Shown here: positions 15,445 to 29,248 of the stretch, piece after piece
Numbering within the stretch: the first letter of the stretch is position 1
Layout of the letters: each line of letters begins with the position of its first letter
From: the human T2T-CHM13v2.0 reference genome, Homo sapiens
DNA length: 64,000 bases
Strand: one strand, 5' to 3'
NCBI RefSeq assembly: GCF_009914755.1
Contig: NC_060926.1
Made by a program: the position numbers and the translations under genes
The notes under the pieces: model-generated
Told to the model about the DNA's origin: nothing
What the model saw: the letters and a program-made list of their open reading frames with translations, nothing else
The model's database searches: none

Positions 15445-17251
15445 TGATGGCAGGGTCAGCCTATGTGGAGCCGCCACTGCCATGATGCTGGCTGCAGTGG
15501 GGGAGGTGCACTGCATGGGAGTGGGGCAGCATGCTCCATAAGGCCAGTGGGAGCCAGGAGCAGGCAGGAGCCCTGCCCTCCAGGTCACAGCTGCATTTGC
15601 CCAAGCCCTAACTGCAGACCCAGGTATCCCTGTGCTCTTGGGGGCCAGGAGCTAGCAGGAGCCCCACCCTCCCAGGCAGAGCTGCAGACACCCAAGCTTC
15701 CCAAACCACTGCTGTGGACCTGGGCATCCCTGTGCTCTTGGGTTCGGGAGCCAGCAGGAATCCTGCCCTCCCAGGCACAGCTGTAGCTGCCCAAGCCTCA
15801 GCTGCAGACCCAGGTATCTATGCATTGTAAGGGACCCAGGAAGGCCCCCCTCTTCCCCTGCAAGCTCGGAAATGCCTGCTCCCACTGTCTGGCCTGTCCC
15901 CACTTCTGGTACCTGCTCTGATCTCTGAGCAAATTTGAGGCCGAGCCCAGGTGCTGTAGCAACCCAGATGGGTGTGTGCATGCTTGGGGAAGTGTTGACT
16001 CTGGACTTTGGGCACTGACAAGCATGGGAGGTGGGGGTGGGGGTGCTGAGGGCAGCTCCATGCTGGCCTGCTGTCACCCCTCAGCCTGAACAGCCTGGTT
16101 ACTATGAAGAGAGGCAGGAGGCAGACAGACTCTGCTGCAAAAAGGGATGGGTCCTCGATGAAGACCCGCCTTCAAGCCAGGAAAGAACTGAAGCCTGGGG
16201 ACCGGGCTGTAAGTCCCATGAACAGGAGTGAGAAATTATGGTACTTACTCTGGGGCTGCCCATGGCTGCTGATGGACCAATCAGCACACACTTCCTTCCT
16301 TCTGAAGCCCATAAAAACCCTGGACTCAGCCAGACTGGAGGAGATGACAAGACAATCATCTGCAAAAAGGAGCTACCCACTCCAGGGTCTCCTCTCTGCT
16401 GAGAGCTGAGCAGAGACAGGATGACCAGCTGCAGAGAGGAGCTACCCACTCCATGGTCTACTCTCTGCTGAAAGCTGAGCAGATGTTGGGACTACCAGTT
16501 GTAGAGAAGAGCTACCTACTCCAGGGTCTCATCTCTGCTGAGAGCTAAACACTTATTAAGACACCCTACCTGCAGAAAGGAGCTAATTAATTTGGGTCTC
16601 CCCTGAACTGTTCTTTTGCTCAATAAATTTCTTCACCTTGCTCACCCCCAACTTGTCTGTGTACCTCATTCTTCCTAGATGCAGGACCAGGACTCAGGAC
16701 CTGCTGAATGGTGGGGCTAAAAGAGCTGTAACACAAATAGAGCTGAAACATGCCCTTTGTTTGTCACGTTGTGGGCAAGAAGAAGGAGAGAGAAAAGGAG
16801 AGAAGAGCTGTGGCCCTTCAGGGAGCCCAGACCTAGAAGCTCCCCAAGCCAAGACTATGACACTCTCTTTGGTGTTCTGCAGTTTCTGGCATCTCCAAGC
16901 TTCTGGGCATCACTGCATTTCCTGGTACCAGCCATGAAAGCTGCTTGCAGTATGCCTGGTCCAGATGCAACTCACAGGGAGCTGGTGCCCAGGCCAGTGC
17001 CTAAAGCTGCCTGCCTTCTGCCACCAGCATGCGTGGCTGTGCACAGGGGCTGGACCCCATGCTCACTAGCTCACACACCACTTGCCACTCCACTTGGCCT
17101 AGGTAGGCATGGGATCTAGGCCAGTAGCATGAGCTGAGTGCAGCTGAGTGGGCAGAATGAGCCCAGTGCACCTGAGCAAAACTTGGGCAAAGGCGCCTCT
17201 GCCCACAGAGGTTTCCAGCTGGAAAGGAATCACTCCAAGGATCCTGTGACA
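15445..17251 (+). mobile_element. Solo long LTR, MER52-like (ERV1)
   Basis: TGATGGCAG...TGTGACA termini; 4-bp TSD GTAG (15441-15444 / 17252-17255); GC-rich; internal tandem units (~15570-15830 and ~16370-16585, 'gagctacccactcc..ctctctgctgagagctga'); AATAAA at 16622. Confidence 0.88.
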
Positions 17252-19037
17252 GTAGTAGTGGGAAGACAAGGAAGAAATAAAGCAATATGACTTTGGAAAT
17301 GGCATAAATTGCTAGAATGGAAGAAGATTTTACATTGGGGAAACCACGAAATAAAATTATGTGGATGAGAGAAAGCAAAAAATAAAATTGTAAATAAAGA
17401 TGGGGGAGGGGTGCTAAACAGAAAGAGAATCTTGAGAAGAAATTCATAAAGGTGTACTCAACTCTCAGAAGAAACAGGAGGAGGAGTGAAGGGGGCTGGC
17501 TAAAGAGGATGGTATTTCAGTGCTCAGAGAAGTTGAACCAGTTTTTCCCCTTTCTTTTCAGGTGTTGGTTTCACCTGTTGTTTTCAACTGTGCTATGGAT
17601 CCTCAGGGGAAGTTTCCAGATAAATTTCTCCTGATGGGCTGCCAGTGGGTCAGGTTTACATCCTGCTTTATCTGTAGCAGAACAGATAATGAATTTTGAA
17701 AAGTGGAAAATATTTTCTTCTTGTTAAGGAAGCTGTACCTATCCCAGTTGGAAACATAGCTATGGGCAAGAGCCAGAGAATTCTCAGGTGCACACAGATC
17801 TTGCCCTCCTTTCCATACCTCAGAAGTTCAATTACCAGCATCCTTTCAGCTGCAACCAGAATTTAACTCAATGGTTATCTGGAATGAGATAGAACAAATG
17901 ATACCTTAAGAGATAAAAGTGTTTTATACAATGAGTAAAAAAGTCTATGATAAGCACATTAAAACATGTTTATTATGCAGCAGAACAAATAAGTAAATAT
18001 CTCTTAGAGTACAGTTTTTCAAAATCAAAGGTATACCAGAATCATTACATTGTCCTGGTATAGCTCTGGCAGGATATGGGGTATGTTTGCACACAGTGTA
18101 TGGATGTAGGACTGTGTGATGTTTGTGGGGAATATTTGTAATTTGAAAGTAGGTTTCCCCAAAGAGTCTACTGTTTACAAACCTTGCTTTAACAATCACT
18201 CTCCTAGAGGAAGGGAATATTTTCAGAGAACAAGTGGAACTGGGCACACAAGGGCAGCATTTGTCTTTGACACATGCACAAAGTGCCCATATTGTATTCA
18301 TGAAATTGGTATTTTATCAAATATTTTTAGAAGGGTTGCATATTACAAATTCTGCAAAGTATCTTTCAGAAAAATCCTTTTCAAGTATCTTTTCTGGAGC
18401 ACCAGCTCAGCTCCTCTTCTCTTTTTCGAATTGTAACTGTGAGTCATCAAGACTTTCACTCTCTATAAGAAATTCATCAACCCAATCTTGCTATCCCCTT
18501 TCTATTCAGAGCTATTTAGTTGTCTCACTGCTTCTTCATCTTGGCTCAGGTCTTTTCTAATGAGAAGTCAAGTAAATGAAATATATGTATATGCCCATGT
18601 CAGATTCTGCCTTGTCCCTTTGTGCCTCCTTCTGTCTCTAATAAGGCATACTCTCTGTAGTTTCATGACTGGCCACCCTCTGAGATTACTTCTGACCTTG
18701 GACTCAAAACCCTACGATTATTATTAACTGCATGTTTAGCTGCTGAAATACAACTATTCTGGTTACGCAGACCACTTGAGAACCAGTGTCTAGTCACTCA
18801 AGATCTTGCAAATTTTTCTCACAACTCCTGCTCTGTCCTCTCTGATTTCCCTGGCCTTAGAGTTTCCTATCCACCAGATCCTGTATGCACTGACCTGCCT
18901 GGGTTGCCAGGTTTTGAATTGACCCTCTCTCACATGCATTGTTATTGGTAACAAGCATGTTCATCTTGTCTAATTGCCTCCTAATGCTAACAATTTTTGC
19001 TTGCCTTCTCCTGTTGTTGCCACTGTTAGCTATCACA

Positions 19038-19384
19038 CAGTCATTCATGGAATCATCCCTCAGTATCCAGTGGGGATTATTTCCAGGACCTGTCTCATAC
19101 CAAAATCTGTAGATCCTCAAATCCCTTATTAAATGGCATGGTATTTACATAAACTTATGCACATCCTCCTGCATACTCTAAATCATTTATAGATTACTGT
19201 TGACACCTAATACAATGCAAATTATATGCAAATAGTAGATATACTCTATTAGATTTTTTTGTAATTCCTATTCATTTTTGTCATATTGTTATTTTTTATT
19301 ATTTTTAAAACTATTTTCAATTCATGGTTTGTTGAGTCTGTGGATACAGAACATGCAGATACAAAGGGCTGGTGGGATGACTGT
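19038..19384. mobile_element. MER2-like TcMar-Tigger MITE
   Basis: cagtca...tgactg ends; 'ccctcagtatcc...ggggatt..ttccaggacc...ataccaaaatc'. Confidence 0.8.
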
Positions 19385-19599
19385 CTACTTGACACTGAAC
19401 TCTCAGGAATTCAGTCATTGACCAATCTTTTTAATTGTAGTGTGACTTTAACTTCAAATTTTGACTTTTAAAATTAAAGAGGCTTAAAGATTTTGCAGCC
19501 CTTCCATCTTTTTGTCCAAGAGATTAGAACACTCAGGTATAACAAATATTTGGCATAGCTAGAAATACAATTAGAGATTTCTAACATCCAACACAGTGC

Positions 19600-19723
19600 T
19601 TTTTGTTTTTGTTTTTGTTTTTGTTTTGTCTCACTCTTGTTTGCCCAGGCTGGAGTGCAATGGCATGATCTCAGCTCACTGCAACCTCCGCCTCCTGGGT
19701 TCAAGCAATTCTCCTGCTTCAGC
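19600..19723 (-). mobile_element. 5'-truncated Alu (part of right arm) with (TTTTTG)n tail
   Basis: Right-arm sequence only; cagtgct on both flanks. Confidence 0.9.
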
Positions 19724-19971
19724 CCAAGCCAGTGCTCATGCCACTGAATCATGCTTCTCTTTGTCAAGTATCTTGAAAAAGTCACTTAACCTCTTGTGGC
19801 TTTATTTTTTTCATCTTTATAATATAAATAGCTTCCAAGGTCTCTCTTGAATTACGTTTTATAATTCAGTACTGTATCAATAGCACAAATCTTTTACATT
19901 TCTACATATATATAGAGATTGGTTTGATGAACAAGTGAAATATTTGTTTTATTTTAAAAAATTTATGGAGA

Positions 19972-20280
19972 GGCCGGCAACAATGGATCACACCTGTAAT
20001 CCTAGCACTTTGGGAGGCCGAGGCAGGAGGATCACCTGAAGTCAGGAGTTCGAGACCAGCCTGGCTAATATGGCAAAACCCCATCTCTACCAAAAATACA
20101 AAAATTAGCTGGGCATGTTGGCACACACCTGTAATCCCAGCTACTCAGTAGGTTGAAGCAGGAGAATCACTTGAACTCTGGAGGTGGAGGTTGCAGTGAG
20201 CCAAGTTTGAGCCAGTGCACTCCAGCCTGGGCAATAGAGTGATAATCCATCTCAAAAACGAAAAAGACAACAAAAAAAAA
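19972..20280 (+). mobile_element. AluS
   Basis: Full dimer; TSD ...ttatggaga. Confidence 0.95.
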
Positions 20281-20530
20281 TTATGGAGAGTTAACAGCAT
20301 ATTTATTTCAAAATATTTCTGCAAAAAAACTTAAGGTGAAAATAAATTTAATCAATGTCTTTTGGTGATTATTGAAAGGTTTAGATAGAATTTCAACATC
20401 TCTTTTTATTAATATTTTAGGAAAATTAACATTCACCAATGAATATTAGCATCTAATGAAGTAAATAAATTTATTTTTATGGCAAGGCCTTTTTAGTGAT
20501 AAATTGGCACTATTGCACCAAAATTTCAAA

Positions 20531-20812
20531 TTATTATTATTTTTGTTTTGAGACAGAGTCTCACTCTGTCACCCAGGCTGGAGTGTAGTGGCGCTATCTC
20601 GGCTCACTGCAAGCTCTGCCTCCTGGGTTCACGCCATTCTCCTGCCTCAGCCTCCTGAATAGCTGGGACTACAGGTGCCCACCACCACGCCCAGCTAATT
20701 TTTTTTGTATTTTTAGTAGAGACGAGGTTTCACCGTGTTAGCCAGAATGGTCTCGATCTCCTGACCTCGTGATCTGCCCACCTCGGCCTCCCAAAGTGCT
20801 GAGATTACAGGC
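20531..20812 (-). mobile_element. AluY lacking the first ~20 nt
   Basis: gcaagctc, cacgccattc, cgtgttagccag diagnostics; TSD aatttcaaat(t/a)att. Confidence 0.92.
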
Positions 20813-21879
20813 AATTTCAAATAATTTTAATGTAAACAACAAAACCGGGAACATCAAACCATCATGAGCTTATGGATGCGACTTTGCAAGGCTATCTAGA
20901 GTAACCGGGGTGGGCTTCTTGCCCTTTGTGAGCTTAAAATTTAAAGTGGTCATATAAATGCGACATGATTATAAGTAAATGGCATAAAGAAAACAGAACC
21001 TAATTAGGACAAGTTCCATTACACTAAATAACATTACCATGAATGATTTATATGCCACAAATACTAGCTTGTTTATTTCAACTATTACTTAATAATAAAG
21101 TTTACCTTGCTTGGGAAGAGAAGGATCATATACTAGCTAGAGATAATTGCTTAAGTTTCTAATGCTCTTTCCTGGTTGGCAGAATTTGGAAATGGCAGGG
21201 AAGGAGAAAGCAGAGAGATTTCAGAATCTCTTCAGACACCACTGCACAAAAAGAGTGTGGTAGTGTGAAACTATTTGCAGTGGGTTATAGAGGAAATTCT
21301 CAGAGATAACTAAAAAGAAAAAAGACATAGAAAGAATGAAGACCAGGAATAAGACAGTAGTGTCCTCTGAATTATATTGGTCTACATGTATGATGAGAAC
21401 ACTAATATTATATGGTGCAAGTTAAGCTGGTTTTTCAGAATATTAATAAAACACTAAAGACTTGAGGAATGGTTCTGTTTCAGTTGCATCCCAACCTACT
21501 TGCCCCCATCAAGTGTCCAGATTTCAAACATTATCATCTCAGGACATGGTCACAGAATAAGAGTTATTAAATTCATCATTTCAGAAGTGTGGTAATTCTA
21601 GATGACAATAGCATTCAGGAAGTGTTCGTGGGACAGGATGGTTCAGAATGAATTGGCCTGCAGATCACTGCAGGTAAGAACATATTCTTTGCTAGACATG
21701 TATGAAACAGCTCAATGTCATTACATGAAACTAAGAAAGAATAAAGGCAAAAAATAACCCTGGGGCATATCAATCTAAAAAGGCAGAAAACGTTGGCATG
21801 ACTCCATAATCTGATGTTTCTCTCTCTGGGGCTTTCTCTTAAGACTCTGTTGCCCATCAGAACACCTACTCTTTTACCA

Positions 21880-22400
21880 CTGTTTCTTACATGTCTGATT
21901 TTCTGCTAGATTATAAGCTATTTAGAGGTGGAGATATTGTCTTTTCATATTCTTATTGACAGTGAAGTTTCCAATAGACAGGAGTCTATCAATGACCATG
22001 TTGGCTTCTACGTCCCAGTGCCTCTCAAATCCATCTTTAGTGTAGATGCTTTGGTGATGTGCTTTGGAGCCACATCATCTTGGGCCCAAAGTATAATACC
22101 CTCCACACTCATCCCTCTCAAATCCATTTTCTCTTCTCCTAGAAGGGTAATTTTTTTAAGAACAAATATTATCACTTTGCTCCTCTCCTTAAAACCCTAG
22201 AGAGCTCCCCTCTTCCTACAAGAAAAATTCCAAGTTCCTTGGGATAAAATTGACACGTTTTCAAGTCAACTCTCATAGCTTTAAACACTGCCTCTTTCCT
22301 CATTTATGTATTCTTCCCATGCAGAATTGCCATATTCACTTACCATATGCATAATTATGCTCCAAGATAATTCTCTACACTGTCCTTTAAAATGATACTT
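21880..22400 (+). mobile_element. L2 fragments
   Basis: 'ctagattataagctatttagagg', 'ccctctcaaatccattttc...agggtaattttt...atcactttgctcc...aaaaccc'. Confidence 0.55.
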
Positions 22401-22479
22401 CCTTCTAGCTTTTATAATATTTACAAACCTCTATTTGTACCATTTTGGCATTTTATTTGTAACTAGTAAGTGACAAATA

Positions 22480-22800
22480 TTGTTAGTGAACAGGAATCCT
22501 CTCTTTCTGGGCTTATGGTACAATGTACTTCCCCATATCTTTGATGTAGGTATGAACCTTGTGACTTGAAACGCACAGTGAACCCTTGGAGGAAGTGACC
22601 TAGGCAGAGGCATTAAATTGCCCGTGCCCAACTCTCCATTTTCTCTCTTTTCTTTGTTGAGGTAATAGTGGAATCACAGTTTGATAAAGAATTGCAATCC
22701 TGAGCCACCTCATGGAGGACAGATGCCCTAGAGAGTAAGCCCAGGCCTTTGGCAGAGTGCATCTCAACCGCTTAAATTTGGAAATTGGTTTTTTACTAGA
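22480..22800 (+). mobile_element. Old MaLR LTR (MLT1-type)
   Basis: 'gtgacttg...ggaagtgac...ggcagaggcattaa...atggaggacagatgccctagagag'. Confidence 0.5.
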
Positions 22801-24136
22801 ACCTCTTGAATGGAACCGTTAGTTTACATTTCTTTTCTCTACACTGCAGTGTCAAATTATTGAGAGCAACTACTGTGCTCACAATGTTTTGTACAAAGGA
22901 AAAAAAAAATAGGGAAATCAACTGAATGATATAATTGCCTAAGTGTGGCTAACGGGCATTTATCCTCTGTTTTTCTTCATTGGCTGCAAAACTCCCGCAG
23001 TTTTCGTCTCCTCTGTCCCCACTTGTTCCTGATGTGAAGGCAGCCTGACCAAAACCAAGGCAAAATCCACAGTTCTTCATTTCCTGAGTTGCTACTTTAG
23101 GGTATTATGTGTTATAAAATGAGGTATATGAGGAACCAATTCCACAAGAATGACTGTAGCAATATATATGCATCTTGAAAAGAAAAAAAGGTAAAATTGA
23201 ATTCATTTTCCATGAAAATTTCATGGACAACTACTGAGAAAAAAAGCAATTTCTGGCAGAACCATTTTAAAGGCAAAAAGCTGTAGGTGCAAATAATCCA
23301 AATAGCAAATGGATTTGCTCTCTCATCTTGAAGGTAAATTTCATGTTTTCAGCACTAAAAATTTATTAGTACAATTTTTTCCCCTCTTCCTTAGCTCAAG
23401 TGGACACCAGTAAACCTTTGCATAAAGTTTTGGACTACTGCCAATGCACATACATCTTTGCTTCCCTCTCTCCTGATTCTGTTCAGCTCGGGATTCTTTG
23501 CATAGGGAGTTTGGGATTCCTCTCTCAAGCCACTTTCAAGGGTGGAATTTATTTACCTAGTGATGGTAATTGGGCCTTGGTGGTCTTGTTTATAACCCTT
23601 AAATTCCAGTCATCAATCTACACCTCATTTAGAAGCCTTGTCTACTGTATTTTGGCAATTTGCCAATGACTAAAATGCACAGTAAAAATTTCTACATGTG
23701 AAAATGAGAAAAAGCAGTCTTGAATTAAGTTGTCAATCCTAAAGCACATTCTAATTTGCTCTGAAACCTTAATTTAAAAATCACAGAGTTGGCTTTTCTT
23801 CACCTATAAAGTAAAACTTTATCTGACGAATATTTTTCCTAATGGGATAGAGATATCAAAACTTAAAAACAATCAGCAATTATTTCTTAGATGTAAGGAA
23901 AATCAGATAACCTATTACAATCTAATGAGCTTCCTGTTAAAAATAATATTAAGTCAAAAATAAATGTTGAGATACCCTTATATGACTTATAACATCAAAC
24001 ACTATGTACAGTGACTATATTTTTCATTTGCAATCCATATATTTCAATAGTGATATAAGTGAAAAAAATTAAATTTCACTATACATTGCACTCGTGTGTA
24101 CACCAGAACTTGAAATTCTACAACTTATAATAGTTC

Positions 24137-24361
24137 TGCTGGGCACGGTGACTCATGTCTGTAATCCCAGCATCTACCCCATCTCTACTAAAAATACAAA
24201 CATTAGCTGGGAGTGGTGGCGTGCTATTCGGGATGCTGATGCAGGAGAATAGCTTGAACCCCGAAGGCGGAGGTTGCAGTGAGCCAAGATTGTGCCACCA
24301 TTGCACACCAGCCTGGGCGACAGAGCGAGACTCTGTCTCAAAAAAAAAAAAGAAAAAAAAA
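24137..24361 (+). mobile_element. AluS with two internal deletions
   Basis: Jumps from 'cccagca' to 'accccatctctactaaaa' (~70 nt lost, including the B box) and from 'ggcgtg' to 'ctattcggg'. Confidence 0.9.
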
Positions 24362-25640
24362 TCTGTTTATTTGGGTTTATGATGAAATTATCTTAAGTAT
24401 GTTTTAAATCTTTATTTTAATTTCATTATTCAATATTTGCAATCTAGGGAATGTGATGCTGCTTCTTTAACTATAGCAGTTTATAGGAGAAGATAACTTG
24501 AACTGTCTTATAAGACAAGTCCTTAGATGTTTACAACTTCAGCTTAATTCTAGGGGTTGTACTTGGATTTCAAAAGACACCTTATCATCTTTCAGAAGAG
24601 AGTAGGTTTCTCTTCTGTAAAGGCAGAATGAAAAGCATACTTTTCAAATTTGAAAAATATAGTCAGGTTGATTTAAGTGACATTTTCTTGCTTTAAATTA
24701 TATTAAATAGGCATACTCTTTTTACGTTTCATCTGTAGTAAAGTGAGAGTTAGAAAGAATGGCAAAGTTCTACTCTTCAAAAGACCAAAGCACCAACTAA
24801 GCCTATGCATTTTTTTTTCCCTAGAATTCTACGTATGGAAAAGAGCTATTTGTAGCTGCATAAAGAAAAGCTGCCACGCTAGGAAAGACTTTGACCCATC
24901 CAGCCTGTGTTGCCTGTCCTGTAAAGTATTTGATTTCAAGGTAAGGATATGGGGTAAGTTACGAAGCTCCCTCAGTGAGATCAAAGGATTAAACCAAGCA
25001 TAAATAAGTTAGATGTAGGAGAAAAAGATAATTTAGAAATGAAAATTATAAAGGATTCCAAATTTGACCTGTGTATTTAATTATTTTATATGGTGGTCCA
25101 TAGGACTATTTTTATTAGATTCACACTTAATAGTCTTCCTAAATGCATCTGCATTGAAAAAAAAAGGATTTTATTTGAATCTCTTTGTGTAAGTGATTTG
25201 AAAAACATACTGAATTATTTTTAGTTATCTTTAGCTATCTATGGTTTCTGTCTGGCATGGCTAAATAAGTGACCAAAAGAATGCCAGCAACAGATGTCAG
25301 CCTATGATTATAGCCTTACTTTTTACTAGGTTATTTAAACCCTTCAAAATAAATGTACATGGTGCCAAAGTGCATGTACAGAATTGAACCTTAAACTGTT
25401 TTTATACTGCAGGGTTTTACTCTGGCCTAGGGGAACACAATCTGATTCAGCAAATGTGATCTAATAATGGGACAGAAATTAATGATTAAATAAACCCTTC
25501 ATAAAATTTGACTCTTCTCTCTTTGAAAGATTGGTTCATATGTGTGTGTGTAAGTGTGTTTAGTTAACACACACAAAGAACCCTTAAATTCAAAATTTAA
25601 ACCAACGTCATTAAATTGATTGTGAACAGAACTAAGGTGC

Positions 25641-25727
25641 GATAGATAAGTAGATAGATATAGATAGATAGATATACACATATAGATATATGTGTACATA
25701 TGTGTGTGTGTATATATATGTATATAA
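25641..25727. repeat. Compound (GATA)n/(TG)n/(TA)n microsatellite
   Basis: gatagataagtagatagatatagatagata...tgtgtgtgtgtatatatatg. Confidence 0.9.
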
Positions 25728-25778
25728 CAATTGGATAATAAGGATTCTATCTATAATACTTAAGAATTCAGAGGGAGG

Positions 25779-26265
25779 TGTTATATTGAAGAAACCAATG
25801 CTGCAATATTTTGCAGCTATTCTCAGGGGATGAGTCTGTTTCTCAAGCCTTTGAATCTGGTCTTAGTTAAGTGACTTGTTTTGCCCAATGAGATATTAGC
25901 AAATACAAAGCAAGCAGGAGTTTAAAAATGTTTCACATTTGGTCTTGCCCTCTCTTCCTTCTTGTTGGAACCCTGAGACCACTATCTAAGAAAGGATCAC
26001 CTAGGGGAGGATGAGACCTACCTGTAGCAGAGGCTAACTGCCCCAGCCAATGACCCTGACAATTGTCAGACATGTTAGGGAGGCCTTTCTAGAACGTTTT
26101 GGCCCACTTGAGTCATCAACTGATTCACAAGTCAGCCCAGAGCAGAAGTATTGTAGATCAGAAGCAAGGCACAGCTGACCAACAGAATCATAAGCAAATA
26201 ACATGATTGCTGTTTTATGCTACAAAATGTAGAGTGGTTTGTTACGCAGAAAAAGGGAAAATCAT
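25779..26265 (+). mobile_element. MaLR LTR (MLT1G/H-like)
   Basis: 'ccttgaatctgg...gtgacttgttttgcccaatg...cagaatcataagcaaata...tgctgtttta...ggtttgttacgcag'. Confidence 0.7.
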
Positions 26266-26561
26266 GGTAATTTACCAGAAATATTATCTATAAACAATGA
26301 GATTATATCAGAATTGAAAAAAATTAAATTTGATCTCTTCTTAATGTGAAGTCTCAGAACTATTTTGGAAAATCCTGTTTCCCCAGAATGCACATCAGTT
26401 TTGTAAGGAGGGAATAATGAATATGTGGTATGGCACAACTCTACTCAGAAGTGACGAGTAAGTTCTATATTACATATCAATGTGGGTAAATTAAAATGTA
26501 CTTCGAGTACAGTGTGTAAAAGGATTCTGGAACCAACAGGAAAGAGCACCATTACTATTTA

Positions 26562-26966
<405 letters not shown>

Positions 26967-29248
26967 TTATTCCAAATAGAACAGAATAACACTGTTGAAA
27001 GCAGATGTTTTGCAAATCCCCGTGTAGTATCCTAAATTAAATTCAGAGATAGTGTAATCTCCCCACATGTATAATTTAAAAGCTATCAGTAGATTATAAT
27101 ATAAATATAAATGAAAAATAGAATGTAATTTGTGATAAAAACAATCTATTAGATACCTTAATATTGGCCAGTGCTACACCACTATCCATAATGCAAATTA
27201 TTTATTATAAAGAAGACAGTTACAAATATAGAGTGATCTAGGTATGCTGTATCAGCTAGGTGAATACCACAAAGAATATTGTCATCTCTGGAATTACACA
27301 GAAGTTTCATTCCTGGAAAATGCAGTGTATATTAAAACCAACTATTGGTGATTATATGTAAAACAGAGTTAAGTTCAAGGCTCAAATGATTGCAAATGGA
27401 TTTTTCTTTTACCTATAGAAACGTTTAGCAGGTTATTTAAATGCAGGATATTTGAGGTATTCCTTACTGGGTGGTGATGTATCCTTCAATGCAGAAAGTA
27501 TAACAAGATAGTTTGAACAAGAAAGTTTTCTTAAAATAATGTTGAATGTCTAATAACCTATCATAGGAAGAAACAGCTCATCAGTAAGTAAAACTGTACC
27601 ATATTTAATCTCTATTCACAATTCATATGGCATTAATTCATTTTTTATCTTCATGATTTATTTGTATTTGACAACGTACTAAATGCAGATACTCCGAATT
27701 TCTAAATACTGCTTTTGTATTGCTATCTGGTGTTTACCATTCAACATTACAAAATGACTACCTAACATGGTAGGTGATGATCCAATTTCACTTACTTCCA
27801 CTATCGTATTTGCTTCTGGTGAAATCTATAATCAATGTTTCCAGCGTTACATCTCTGTAAATATTGTTCACTGCTGAATGTCTTGTAGAATATCTTTTGA
27901 TCTGCAGTTAATTTTTCTTCCTGGAGTTAAAATAGTTTTATTTTGTTTTTGCGTCTGTTTAGTTTTCTTTGCATATGTAAATTAATTTTCCAGCTCGCTA
28001 TAATAGTTTCATAAAAACCTGTCAATAATTAGCAATTCTAATAATCTCCTTTCTTTTGAAGTTATCTGTTTAGGCATCCTCCAACTCTCCCTCTACAGTT
28101 GGATTGATTACCCTCCTGGCTTTCAGCACAGGTATCACCATGGGCTTTCCATTTCCCATCATACAGGGAATTTTCCTCACCTTTCCTCTGGTTTGATCAT
28201 GTTTTACCTTCTTTTTCTGGTTTACCGCCTCGTTTTAGTAAAGCACAACTTACATTTATTCCCTGAAAAATAGTAAAAGATGGGGGCAAATGTTTTAGCG
28301 ACTTAGTACTTGAACCATTGTTTGAAATTCAAATCACTCAGTATTTTGACATGGCTTTCAATTTTGCTATTAAAAACTTCTGGGTGCATGAGGCTTGTGT
28401 ATAAACCATTGAGCTTCCTTGTAGTGATGGGAATGTAGCAAGGCTTTTCACCTCCAGTCATCCACATAGCACCATTTAGGGATTTTTTTTTCTGAGTACT
28501 CCATTTACTAGAAAAGAATTTTGAGTCTCCTCTTTGGAGATGTAGGTAGAAATGTTGGGAAAATGTAAGTCTCTGTTATTGCACAGGGATTTGGGCTGAA
28601 AAACAAACTGGAACCTCCCGTTCTTCAGCATAAATATTTTCATAATCACACTCTTTCCCACCTTTTTGGCCAGATGTCTTGGAATCAGAAATCTCTCTGC
28701 TTCAATTTATCCTGAGAATACACTGCTCATCTTCTGCAGTGGTTAAGGATGGATAGCCATTTGATTATCCAAGGAGGAGGTGGAGACCCGGGGTTCTAAC
28801 TGCTCCATATGTGTACTTCTAAATGTCCTTTTTGTTTCCAATCCTCTTTCTTTCCTGAAACATGCTGACCTGATTTCTGAGAAAATTTAGATTCTGCTAT
28901 TGAAACAGACATTCTTCTGGCTATGATGCAGCCCGGTAGAGTTGCTCTTCCTCTTCTCTTACTACATCATTTACCATGCTTCTATCCACTTTCCATCTTC
29001 ATGTATTCTCATACAGGAAATAATATGTCTCCTATTTAATAAAATATTCAGTTTTATGGGTACTTTATAAAGTACAGTAATTTTTCATTTAGAAAGTATC
29101 ATCTTTCAGGCATGAATGATTCTAGACACTAAGATATGAGCATAGAAGTTCAGAAGTAATCATCTGCAACCATGTGTGTCCTATAATGGGGAATAAAACA
29201 GATGAGAATAAAAAAATAAAAATAAACCATAAAATCCCTAAAAAAAAA

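Noticed and set aside
15463-17447. Dense cluster of 70-150 aa ORFs
   Set aside because: They lie in or overlap a GC-rich LTR where stops are rare, occur on both strands, and show no protein motifs
23209-23227. Palindrome tccatgaaa-a-tttcatgga
   Set aside because: 9-bp AT-rich arms are expected by chance in 64 kb
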